Shown here: positions 52,164 to 64,000 of the stretch, in pieces
Position numbering within the stretch: the first letter of the stretch is position 1
Layout of the letters: every line of letters begins with the position of its first letter
Origin: Camelus dromedarius
Taxonomy: Eukaryota
DNA: 64,000 nucleotides
Direction of reading: 5' to 3'
Assembly (NCBI RefSeq): GCF_036321535.1
Contig: NC_087436.1
Span: 99,636,001 to 99,700,000 of the forward strand
Notes under the pieces: model-generated
What the model was told of the DNA's origin: nothing
What the model saw: only the letters and a program-made list of their open reading frames with translations
Database searches by the model: none
Position numbers and translations under genes: made by a program

Positions 52164-53999
52164 ATGTTTAAGTCAGAAGTGAATTGTTTAGGTTTCAGTA
52201 GCAAACATCTTGATCCAGAACTCAGAAATCTTCATTTAACCAAATATTTCATCAGCATTCTCTAGATATCAATCCCTGTTCTAGACGATGAGATATATTA
52301 GTGAATATGGAGTTTATATTTTGGATAGGTAGACATCTCCATAAAGGAGATAATTAGATGATAAAGATGATAAACATAAAATCAATAATTAGTAATTTAT
52401 ATAATATATTTGAAAATAATAAGTGCCAGTCCCTAGAAAATGTCAAGTAGAAAAAAGATCAGGAGTATGGAAGGGTACAAGCTGCAGTATTAAATACTAT
52501 AATTGGGATGAGTTCTTTTGAGCATACACTTTAAATGAGTATTAACTAAGTGAAGATGTTGACTAAACCATTGTCTAAGATAATCTGCCATGCAACAAAA
52601 TTATTTCAAATGTATCACTTGAGATTTATTCTCTCATGCTTTCAATGAATACTGGCGTATCTTTATATTAGTGGCTGGAAAATTAATCTTATATGTAGGA
52701 GAGGCACTACTTTCAATGCATTTGAATTTCCAAATGCAAGTTGTGTATGCAGTGTTCATGTGTACATCTCTGCAAGTAGAGAACAGAAGAAAGAGGGAGA
52801 ATTGGTTGTTGTAAATCTCCCAAAGAGCAGATTTTAATTGTCACACAAAGATGATATTCACTTGGATGACATTTGAAGCCGTGAACTAGAAAGAACTGGT
52901 TAAATTCATGTTCATACGTTTGTTTTATATTGTTGTAATTTGCCTTGATAAAAGCTCAAAGGAGAAAACAGAAGGGCAAAGATAGGGTCTTTAGGACATG
53001 ATAGAATAATGTCAATAATCCTCATGTTATAACAAGTTAAGTAGTGGGGACACAGGGAACAATAGACAGTACAAATGTTTGTGGAAGGATTCTTTTCAGT
53101 ATTAACTCAGAGTTTTAACTTTGCTTTCAGGTTTGATAGTCAATCTTATTATGAGAATAACCTTATTGTTCCTCTGGCTCCTTTGGGTGCTTTGCTCAAA
53201 ATCATTTTATTAGAAGGCACAGCCACTCAACATAGTTTTACTGATACTTAATCAGTAAGCCAAAAGACAGGAGTACTTACAGCCTTGGAGGGACTTGTTA
53301 GCTGGATGGCCAGCTTCAGTGAGATTTCCTTCTGTTTTGCTTTCAGACCTATACAGATCCTTTCCTTTGTTCTCATCCTGTTTTTATTATGATAGCATAT
53401 GTCGAATTCTTCTGAGAAAAAATCTGGTAGATAATTTTATACAAGTTGTTTCTATTTTTAAAACTCAGAAGTGGTTACAGTACAAATAATGGCATACACA
53501 TTTTTATAACTAGGGGCCAGAAGAAGGGGAAGATTAGCTCATTACTTTAAGTTATAAGCAAATTGGTAAGTCAGTCAAGTAAGACCAACTAAGAGGATGT
53601 AGGAGTTTAAGGTTTTGTAAGAGGCTGACATCTGGGGAAATGATTCCTGTGTGTGATAGGAGTTCCCTTGTTTTTGAAGGTTTGGCTAGACAGAGAACAC
53701 CTGCAAAGTAGGAGATCTGAAGATTGTCAGATGTGCAGAGTTCTGAAACTTACATTCAAAGAACATTTGAAATATGATACAGAGAGAACTCAGAACCAGA
53801 CACAAATGTGTATGAATTAGGGGTGAGTCAGCGTAAGGGCAAAAAAAATTCAAGCTCCTGTGAATATTCAGAGTTTCCAGACCTTGCGTTAATATGAAAA
53901 TAAAAATGAATTAATCATACCCCTCGGCTTGGAAGACTTAGCCAATAGCAGTGAAAGACATGGGGCCATGGGAAACCTCTGCTTTGTTTATTTGTTTGT

Positions 54000-54810
54000 T
54001 TTTTAATCGTAGCTTTATTGAAATATAATTCACTCACCATACAATTTACTCACTTAAAGTATACAATTCAGTCTATTCAGTTTAGTATATTCACCAAGTT
54101 GTGTAATCATCATTAGTAACAATCACTCCCCATTTCCCCCTCGTCCTCCCCAGCCTTAGGCAACCACTGATCTACTTTCTGTCACTTCACTTATCCTTAT
54201 GTTTTCAAGGTTCATCGATGTTGTAGCATGTATCAAATAATCCTTTCATTTTTATTGCTGAAAAATACTGCATTGTATGGATTGGTACAGTTTGTTTATT
54301 CAGTCGTCTGTTGATGAGCATATAGGTTGTTTTTACCTTTTGGCTGTTATGAATTATTATTCATAATAATAATGAATAATGCTAAGAACATTCATGTATA
54401 ATATGCTGTGTGGACATACATTTTTATTTCTCTTGGGTTCATAGCTCCAAGTGAAATTTCTGGGTCATATGGAAATTCTGTGTTTAAACTTTTGAGGAAA
54501 TACCAGACTCTTCAAAATTGGGTACGTTATTTTACATTTTCAACAGCAGTCTGTGAGGGTTTCAGTTTCTTTATATCCTCCCCAAAACTTGTTACTGTCT
54601 TTCTGATTATAGCTATCCTAGTTGGTGTGAAGTGGTCTCTCATTGTGATTTTGACTTGCATTTCCCTGATTGGTAATGTTGAATATCTTTGTATAATCTC
54701 ATTTTCATACCTTTTTTGGAGAAATGTCTATTCAGATTTATGCTTATTTTTAAATTGGCTTGTTATTTTATTATTGAGTTTTAAGAGTTTCTTTTTATAT
54801 GTATATTAGC
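54000..54810 (-). mobile_element. L1MB-like 3' fragment
   Basis: agctttattgaaatataattcac...ggtgtgaagtggtctctcattgtgattttgacttgcatttccctgat; it explains ORF 54408..54809. Confidence 0.85.
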
Positions 54811-54829
54811 ACATTCCCTTTTTAAAAAA

Positions 54830-55070
54830 ATATTTTTAAGAGTAGTTTAAGTTCATAGCAAAATTGAGAAGGTAAAGATTTTCTCATTTGCCCTTTGCTC
54901 CCACATAAGCATAGCCTCTCCCATTATCAACATCCCCCACCAGAGTGGCACAATTGTTACAACTGATGAACCTATGCTGACACATCAGTATCACTCAAAA
55001 TCTATAGTTTATATTAGGGCTTACTCTTGGTGCTGTACGTTCTATGGGTTTAGACAAATGTATAATGTTT
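54830..55070 (-). mobile_element. L1MC-like 3' end
   Basis: catagcctctcccattatcaacatcccccaccagagtgg...tctatgggtttagacaaatgtataatg; same family as 17785-18100. Confidence 0.8.
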
Positions 55071-58000
55071 ACTTTTGACTTGAGGTAATTACTCTGTGAA
55101 CCACACATTAAAAAGAAAAAAAATCAAATCAAATCAAGCAATATATTATTTATCACAATGATTCATTTTAGCAAAAGTATTGCTGGACTTAAATAAAATT
55201 TTGACATTTAAATTATGCCAATTTATATTAAATTCTAAAATATCTTTCTATATTTTTAAAGATTGAGAGTTATTTAAAAAAACAGTCCCAGTTATTTTCT
55301 GAGAAGAGCTAGATTTGCATATGATAAATACGTAAAGGTAATGCCTGATCCTAAAAGCAAGGAATTGTGTACTATTCATATATCATTTTTCCAGAAAAAT
55401 AATTAGAAAATAATTAAAAACACACAATAAATTCTCTACTCAAGATATTGTATTATGATTAAATTAATACATTTTACTCTTCATTGGTTGAAATAATCCT
55501 GTAAGGGTTCTTTCTTAAATAATCACAAGTAATATTTGTCATCTAAATGTGTCTTTACATACATACTGTTTTAATAAAGGTCATTATACTCTCGAGACGT
55601 ATGTTAACAAGGCTATTTTTGTGATCAGTAATTAGTCAAGTAACATTATATAACAGGTTCCAATATTTTTTAAAAAAATTATTATCAGATGTAAAAATAT
55701 AAACATTAATTTTCATTAAGACATTTAATTTTTATAATCAAGTATTTCTAAATAGATCAACACTTTTATAATGTGTAATACTACATTTTAGCATCTATTT
55801 TATATTAACAATACAATTATTCATATGTTTACAAAGCACTAAAACTGTTTTAGAGATATTTAGTCTGTTTGTTTGTGAAATGAACTATCCAGATGTGGAA
55901 TTGGAAAAACGAGTCTATGTATTCTATGGATCTTCCTTGGGAAGGTTTTGAGTATCTTCAAATCATAAAAATTATTGCTTGGTTTAGATTATCAATAATT
56001 TATTTTAACTTTATATGTAATGACAATAAAGCAAATGATGCTGAACACTTTGGGGTAGTGAGAGCTGGAGAAATATAAAAAGTTGTGTTCCTTAACCATA
56101 AATTTCTTGTAATTTAGTGGAGACTGTTAGGACTGCTAGCAAAATATTTAAAGTTCAATAAAATGTAAGAGATGAATACTTGTTCACATAGTGGAAATTT
56201 ATCCAGTCTGCAAGATCTATGAAAACTTCCATATAAGATGATACCAGAGTTGAGTCTTGAAGAACGTAGGAACGTTCAATAAATGAAGAAGGATTTTCTT
56301 AGAGTAGAGAATCAAAACAAGTAATTGCACAGCATAGAATTTCACAGTGAACATGCAAAAAACCTCACAACTGGGAAACATGAAGCAGAGGAATAATCAG
56401 TCTGACAAAGTGGGAAAGATAGAGTAGAAGCTGTCAGCATTGAGGAAGGGAAAGGGGTGAGAGTAACAATCCAGAGATATTTCAGAGACGAAAAGTAGGC
56501 CAATTTTTTGATGGTTGGAAAGATACAGACTTTAGAAATATTCTGGAACTAGAATTAGAATTGGACATGGAAGGGGAAGGCAGAGAGTCATTGAACGTGT
56601 TAGGTGAAAGAACAGTATTTCTGACGACACTGAAGTTTCTAACTTGGTCATATGATTAAAATATTCACCAACAAAGAAAAATTAGGATGATAATGCTAGG
56701 AAAATGGAAAGGACATTTTGGGACAGGATGAATATGATTCTTACGATTAGAGACATGATTTGGGACACGTGGTTACAGAACAGTGGTTCCCAGGCAGATG
56801 TGCTTCAAGTAGTGATTTGCATCCCAAGACAGTAAGCAAACTTGCCGTTTACTTTGAATGAAGATACTATCTTTAAATTCCAAGGTTATTCACTATATCA
56901 ACACTCTTAAAAAGATAGCCACAACAAAGAGCATTTAGTGCCTCTGTTTCACAGGACTTTCAGGAACTTCAGAGATCCATGGAGAATTTTAGATTTTATT
57001 CTGATACATATTAGCCAAGACGTGTTGCTATGCAGCGTGGGAATGGGAATTATGTTTGGGAATGAGTCTCCTTTGAAGTTCCGTGTAAAATCATGGAAGA
57101 AAAGGAACACTTCTTTATAAAAGCAAGAAAACTAATGGTTGAGTTTGAGAAGAAAAGTTTAGATTGTTTCCTCAGGTAAAGAGCTCTATTTCATGGCAGA
57201 TGGTAATGGGAAGAGAGAATTGGTAGTAGAGGAAGGAAATTATGATAGTCAACCTTAGGCTTGAGACCAATTACTAAAGCCAGGATTATAGCAGCTCTCT
57301 GTACTTTATTTTAATTGATTTCCCCACTTCATTTCTTCTACCTATGACTAATTTTGCAGTATTAATTCCAGGTAGATATTTGAGTTAATTGACATTAATG
57401 ATATGGTAGCTGATAGGAGTTTGTTTTTCTTGGATTAGCAATGAGCATGTCTTTACAAAGGGAAAGAATGCGTTCTGAATGGTCAAAAGGAGTGTACTGA
57501 GCTTGTTATTCTTAATTTGCTTCTTCATTGCTCATTCCCTGTTCTCCTTTATCCTGTTCTATACCCCAGGGGCTGATCTCACAGCGTCATCACCTGGGCT
57601 CCCTTTCTAGTAGGCTTCCAGCTGGATTCAGGGCTTGTACACTTTTAACATTTAAAACTGAGCATCATCTTTCCTTTTCAGTGCAACAGAAAGAAAAATT
57701 AAGATATCAAAAAACAGTATCCAGGATGAAGTACTTTTAGTTATAATATTTATTATGATTCATTTCTATAATTATTTATTTTATAAGATTTTTCCTTCAT
57801 TTCCATTTTATTAGGAACACATGTAAATATTATTAGGACAAGAGATTGATATTTTCCCCACTTTTCAGATAAAATAAAGTGAGATAGCTTTAGAGACATC
57901 ACACCAAAATCTGAGTCAATAATATGACAGTACAAACTATCAAAAATCAGTCAGAGTAAAGAGGAATGATTGAGAAGTCATAGTATTTTACTGTATAGTT

Positions 58001-58907
58001 GGACCATCCATTAATATGGAAATGTGTTTCTTTCCCTAAAGGCAATTGCAGTCTAATTAGGAATACAGGAGAACTCAGTAATCAACACAAATGTGTGCAG
58101 GTAAAAACAAGTTATGACAGGGTTAGTTGACGGGGATCCAGGGATTATGCTGCCAGACTGAAGGAGGAGCAGAGAATGTCAAGAAGAAGAATGAATAGAA
58201 TACTTCGGAATATGTTTTCATGATTGATCAGGTGCATATATTTAAGCATCATTCCCAGGCATTCTGTAAACCCCCAAATCCTGTAAAAGCAGCAATGATG
58301 AGAGACATGGTTCAAGTGTAGACACTGCAGGTATTTATTTAAAGTGTATTTCCTTCCTAAACTTCCATGTTCTAGGATAAAATAATAACAGAAAAACACA
58401 AGGATGAAAGATCAGTGGAGTTTTCAGCAAAATGGATCTTTCACATTTTAATGAGCTATCCACATCCCTTCAGTCTGGCGACCGTCTACTACCTGTACCC
58501 TCATTCTTCCCATATCAAGACAATGTCTGCTCTCCAGTAAACTTCCAATCTGAAATTCTCATTACAATTAACCTGTGTCTGTTGGATAAAAAAATATATA
58601 ACTTTGCTTTCAGAAATTGCTTCATCTTGGGTCAGTATAGTCTGAAATATACAGCTTAATTTTTTATAAGCCTTTAATTTTTCCTTCTTCTCCTAAAAAA
58701 CTCTATCTCACATCTCATGCTCCTCATAAATTGGATACATTAACTCTGTGGAGTTATAACCATAAATGTTATTTCCAAATCCACAAATAATCATTATTCA
58801 ATGTCTTTATACCATAATTAGCAATAACATATATTTAATTTTCTTTCTAGTGTAAACCAAATAAATATTTTATTATTATTATCATTATTACAATTACACA
58901 TGTCATT

Positions 58908-59280
58908 ATGTGGCAGAGGTTGTTAGCTGCTAATGATGTCCTCTTCCTGGTCACAAAGTCAGTCTATATTTTCCAGCCTCCCTTGCGATGTTACAGTCAA
59001 TGGGATGGGAGAAGTCACGTCTACCACTGCTTGGAATGTATCCTAAAAGCTTCCCCTGTGTGCTCTTCCATCCTTTGTTTACCATTCTCATGGACTGAGA
59101 TGGAGATGAACTCTGGGGCAGTCTTGGAAGCCATGTATCGAAGGTGATCAGTCAGCCTAAATCCCAGGGGCTGCATGGAGTAAAACTCCTTCTCCCCTCA
59201 TCTTACCTTCTACGAACACACATATTCTGGAGCCTGTTTTGTTACAGACAGTATCATTGTTCTCACAATCTTTACTTAAT
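58908..59280 (+). mobile_element. Old MaLR (MLT1-type) LTR fragment
   Basis: tgtggcagagg...tatattttccagcctcccttgc...ttggaagccatgt. Confidence 0.5.
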
Positions 59281-60284
59281 ACTAAACACACAGACATACT
59301 TTCACATGCAACTTCTATATTACGATACATCTCATTTTACATAAAATACTAGCATGAGTTCTAACTGACATGGACCTCAGTTTGATCTCAATGGATCTTG
59401 TATTCCATGCACATATCATTGAACCTTATTTTTCACTTCAGACCTTGCTAATTCACCACATTTCAAATCTCTTTCCTCAGATTGAATTTTACTCATTCAT
59501 TTCTTTAAAAAAAAAATTGTGTTAGAGCAACATTGCCTTCCAGAATTATTAGGATGTGCCAGGCACACCCTCTTCCCTGTCCCAAATCCAGGACTTGCTA
59601 CTCCCCAGGAGGCCCTGGGCTTCATTCATGAGGAATAGTATAAAGACCTGAATTATGGGCACAGGGGTAAATAGTCAAAGAGAAGGTCTTAAGGCTGTAT
59701 CATTCCACATGCTACTGGTTAAACGTCTGACACTCAGAGAACATGTTACCATAAGGCAAATTTTACTGATTCAGATTTATCCATTTCAAGCAGGACTATT
59801 TCAGGGCCATTTTTTAGAAGATACTGGTGTTCCAGGGACAGGAAGAATCCTTTTTTTCTTTTTTCTTTTTTAAACTAATCTCAGTTTCATTAAGACTTTC
59901 CCATTATATATCAGTCTTTTGTTTAAAGAAAAACAAGCACTGGCATTTATGAATGTTTTGATTTGGAAAACAACTGTCAGATATGAAAAACTTTTCTGTT
60001 ACATTCATGCACTGAGACCTATAAAAGTGAACAATGATTTAAGCAGTCTGGATATGAACTTAGGTAGTCAGACACCAAATCCAATCTTGTTTCTAATCTG
60101 TGTTATTTCTTAAATTGTCAAATTCATATCAGAAAGATGTTCTGCATTTGTAGAGGTATGCCTCATCTTCATCAACAGTTTTACCCTTGTAATATCTGCA
60201 AGACATGTGCACTTTTTATGTCACTGCAGCTTAAAGTGCTTGACTTTCACCAATAATCCATCCAGTTGTCTCCTGGAGCTTTCA

Positions 60285-60620
60285 GTCACATGTCCAGCCT
60301 CTCTTGCAGTTAGGTGTGATCACACACCAGATTCTGCCACTGGAATCTGAGGACAGTGGTGTGCTTTTTCCTGGAGAAGGTATTTAAGAAGCAGATGCCA
60401 CTCCTTCGCACATTATTTTCCCTTCTATAGTCTGGATACTGATAATAACAAAGCTCTAAAGGATGATTTTTATTCAGGATGAAAATATCTGTTGTCCATG
60501 CATTACCACATAGAGGAGAACCACTTGCGGGCAAAGATGGTCTGTTTAGGACCATCATATGAGTGACACAGTATCTAAGACATTAGGCAATTTTGAACAT
60601 AGTTGCTACCATTTTACTGC
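60285..60620 (+). mobile_element. Old MaLR (MLT1-type) LTR fragment
   Basis: ccagcctctcttgcagttaggtgtgatcacac...ttctgccactggaat. Confidence 0.5.
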
Positions 60621-63064
60621 CATATGGAACATTCTAATGCACTGCTTACTGTTTTCTACTTTATGCTACCAGTTTTCTAAAGTCTAAGATTATCCTCCCC
60701 CCACTTTATACAACTTTTATCGTCTACCTCTTTGATGATCTCTCTCTTTACTTTTCCTTTATTGTCCTAGCTTCCAGCCTCACTTCTCTTTCATATGACA
60801 TACCACATGCCATCACATACAACATACTATTTCCATTACTATTTCTTGAATAACAAGAAAAATCGATCATCTTTAACAATCACACAAGCACTATTTCAGT
60901 TAACTATAAAACATGCAAAAAGCAATCCAGAATGCAATTATATCCAAATACTTTGTTAATGTGACCACAGTGTCAACTGTTAGGTCAGAAATTAGAGTAC
61001 AAATCTGTGTCCCAGTGAACAACTTTCATATGACAGATACCACAGTGCATGCTCCATTTCTTCAGCAGTGTGATGATCCACAGCCTCAAAAATTCCAGCT
61101 CTAGAATATTTATTCAACCATAAATTTACCTACACCAATTTCACATTAGGATCACAACCCATGTGGTCACAATATTGCCCAAATAGATTAAAACCAATTT
61201 AAATGATTTGCTATATAACTTTTCATAGCTAAATCCACAAGCAAAATTGTAAAGCTCAATTGCTTTTGAGTGCAAAAGTCCAAATTTCTCTTATGTGATA
61301 TATTTTATATCTTCGTTTTTGCATTCCATGGTGACTGCACTCCAAGTCAACATAGAAAAAGTCAACATAGAAAATACTTTAGCAATCCAAATGTAATTCC
61401 TTTGTGTGGATGTTGCATTATTCTTCATCTGTGGCAGTTCATAATAATACACTAAACTATAGATAAGTTTATTGATCCCCACATAATGAATTAAGGGCAA
61501 AGATAAAGACTTTTTTCAAAATTATTGAAGTTTACATTAGCTTTCTGCCACAATTTCGGTTAATTTATTCTAAGTTGCACTGAGCTATTAATCTCTTATA
61601 ATTTGCCAATGCTATGAACAGCATTTCTTTCTTTTTTCTTTCTTTCTTTCTGAGCCACAATTTGCCAAGCTCTTATAATTTCATTCTGAGTCACAATTTA
61701 CTGGGTCATTCAAGTACAAAATTAATCTAGAAGCCCTATATTGATACAGTGAAAGATTAGACATAGGCACTTTTTTTTCCGTCTTCAAGTTAGTTCTTCA
61801 GCACCTGTGAATTCAAACTCATATACCAATAATTAAATTATGCTTTATTCATAAGATGCATATTTCTCTTTGCCTAAGCAAGTTGTATTAAGGTATCTTT
61901 TACATGGCTATAAGCACAGGAAACTATTTCCTTGAATAAGTAGTATGATTGTTAGATAATTTAGCAGATGTTGCTTGTTCTCCAGGAATTTTAAGAAGTC
62001 ACTCCCCCCATATCGTTTTATAGTTTTCATTCTCTTCCTAGCCTTGAATTCTTCAGTTATATGTTTGTTTTTAAGTACATTTCTCTCTCACTGAAGCCAG
62101 AGCTCCTTCCTTTAATTATCTACCACCCAGTCTGCTTACCCAACACTCCCCCAACCTCACCTTTTTTCTTCTGATCTTCTAGTAACGTCCAGTATCCTGG
62201 ATACTGGATCCCACTTCCCAAAGCACATCACAGTCTGAGGAGGACTTTAAAGGATCTCTTTAATTTCCTTTACTTATATGTAATGTCAAAGTCTCCTACC
62301 ACACCACCTGCACCCACACACATGCAAAACAAGCTTGCATTTACCCTTAGCACTCAAAATCAGCCTTTTCAAGTCTGCACATTTTGACTTCTTGACTAGA
62401 GCATGTGAATCCTGTGTGTTATATTTTATCCCTAACTGACCATGACATAAAAGAATGTGGATGAATATATTCAGTAAGGTCATCTTAGTTTTTACTGGCC
62501 ACTAGAATTCTTCAGTTCCTATATTCATAATTTATACTGTGGATGGGTATGGTGGGGGCACAGAAGGACCCCACAGGTATCTGACAAGATTGCTTTGCTA
62601 GCCTGGGTTTATAGTATTCTTAGATTCCCCACTATGCTAGTCCATGAAATGATGTATTCCTTAAAACTGCGACAAAGTCTGTATTAGAGTTTAATCAAAT
62701 TTTGTAAGAATATTATAAACAATGTGAATTTCCTTTGTGAAGTACTTTTTTCCTGTTAAAACCTTCTTGTTTCATGCCAAGTAGCTATGGATAGATTGAA
62801 CAGGCATTTCATAGTTCCTTAAACAGTCAGTTACATCGCAATATGCAATCTGTTTCAAGATAAATGCTAGCAGTATGGATGGTTTTTCCTAATACCCTAA
62901 GGCAAGAATGTTATTTAACCACACATGCTCAATGTACATATATCTTTGTGCTTTCAAATAGTGACCCCTGCCTTTGTCAAGTTTGTGTTACTCTTATATT
63001 ATTCTTTAAAATGTATTTTTACTAGCAAATATTTTTGAAATTACTGTGAACTAAATAATAAAAA

Positions 63065-63265
63065 GTTTTAGAGGATCTACATGCACATATTTTGCATATA
63101 TAACATCTAATTCTCATATAGTTCTGAAAGGTAGGTGTTATTATGCATATTTTCTAGTTAAACTGAGTCTCTGAGTTGAAATATTTAACTCATAATAACA
63201 TGACTAATGAAAAGTAGAAATAGGGTTGCAAACCATATTTGTCTGACTCCAAAGTTTACTTCCAC
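63065..63265 (-). mobile_element. MIR SINE
   Basis: aaggtaggtgttattatgcatattt...aaactgagtctctgag...gtctgactccaaag. Confidence 0.6.
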
Positions 63266-64000
63266 TCCTCAACAATTTAACTCTTATTTGCAAAAAGAAA
63301 AACATATAATCACATTTAAGCCTGTATATTATTTTGTCCCCCTGTTATTAATGTACTCAATGATTCATTCAGAGCTAAGTATCAACTGGTATTTTTTAAG
63401 CCACCATGCTGATGTACTCTGAAATGTTTCAAAATGAGTTTGCCCTACAACTGAACACTTTATCCCTGTATCATTTTTTCTCCAAGTACAAGGTTATACT
63501 GACATTTACTATCCATTTTACAAGAAAAGGATTTAAAGAGGCTATTTGCATATTTTCTGATTTACCTGAGAGTTAGAAGTTCCCTACTGTTAGTCACTTG
63601 AAATGACACTTTTTTTCTTCATAATACTTTCTGGTATACACTTCCTGCCATTTCATTAAGGGTGAATCACCTTCTCATTACACATTTCAGGGGATAAAAT
63701 GAAGATCTGTAAGATGGGGCATATGCAGGTGAAGATTCAGGCAAAGGCAATGAATGTTGTGCTCTAAAGAAAGTCATTCTTGCCACTACTGATGTAATTG
63801 AGAATTTTAAATTGAAATAAATATCTTATTTCCTATACATCACCAAAATTATAATAACATTCTCTGAAAATAATTAAGAATATGTAAGTATTATGAAAGT
63901 TCATTTATTAAATGCTAAATAATTTAAATGTTACTTAATTTTTACTTAATGTTAACTGATGCTATTATAGAGAGACAAGAACATGACTTCATCAGTGATT

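Noticed and set aside
54408..54809. 133-aa ORF
   Set aside because: Antisense reading of an L1 fragment.
17785..55070. Similar sequences at 17785-18100 and 54830-55070 as a segmental duplication
   Set aside because: Both are diverged independent L1MC-like 3' ends with unrelated flanks.

Overview
AT-rich, repeat-rich, gene-poor mammalian genomic DNA. It is most likely camelid, judging from a tRNA-Ala-derived vic-1-like SINE and cetartiodactyl-type L1 3' ends. No convincing protein-coding gene is present, and the supplied ORFs are short, low-complexity or repeat-derived. Most annotatable sequence is decayed L1, L2, MIR, MaLR/ERVL LTRs, two ERV solo LTRs and microsatellites. The main observation is that the lone CpG island (~20.5-21.1 kb) is not a native promoter. 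It is the 5' end of a ~2.4 kb minus-strand retrocopy (18675-21084) bounded by an exact 15-bp target-site duplication, with a poly(A) tail, inserted into an old L2 element. The copied RNA has no recognisable ORF, appears to retain an intron, and carries ETS/NRF1/CRE-like promoter motifs inside it. It therefore looks like an L1-mobilised non-coding (promoter-antisense-like) RNA that transplanted a promoter into a gene desert. Repeat subfamily calls are from memory of consensus sequences and their boundaries are approximate.
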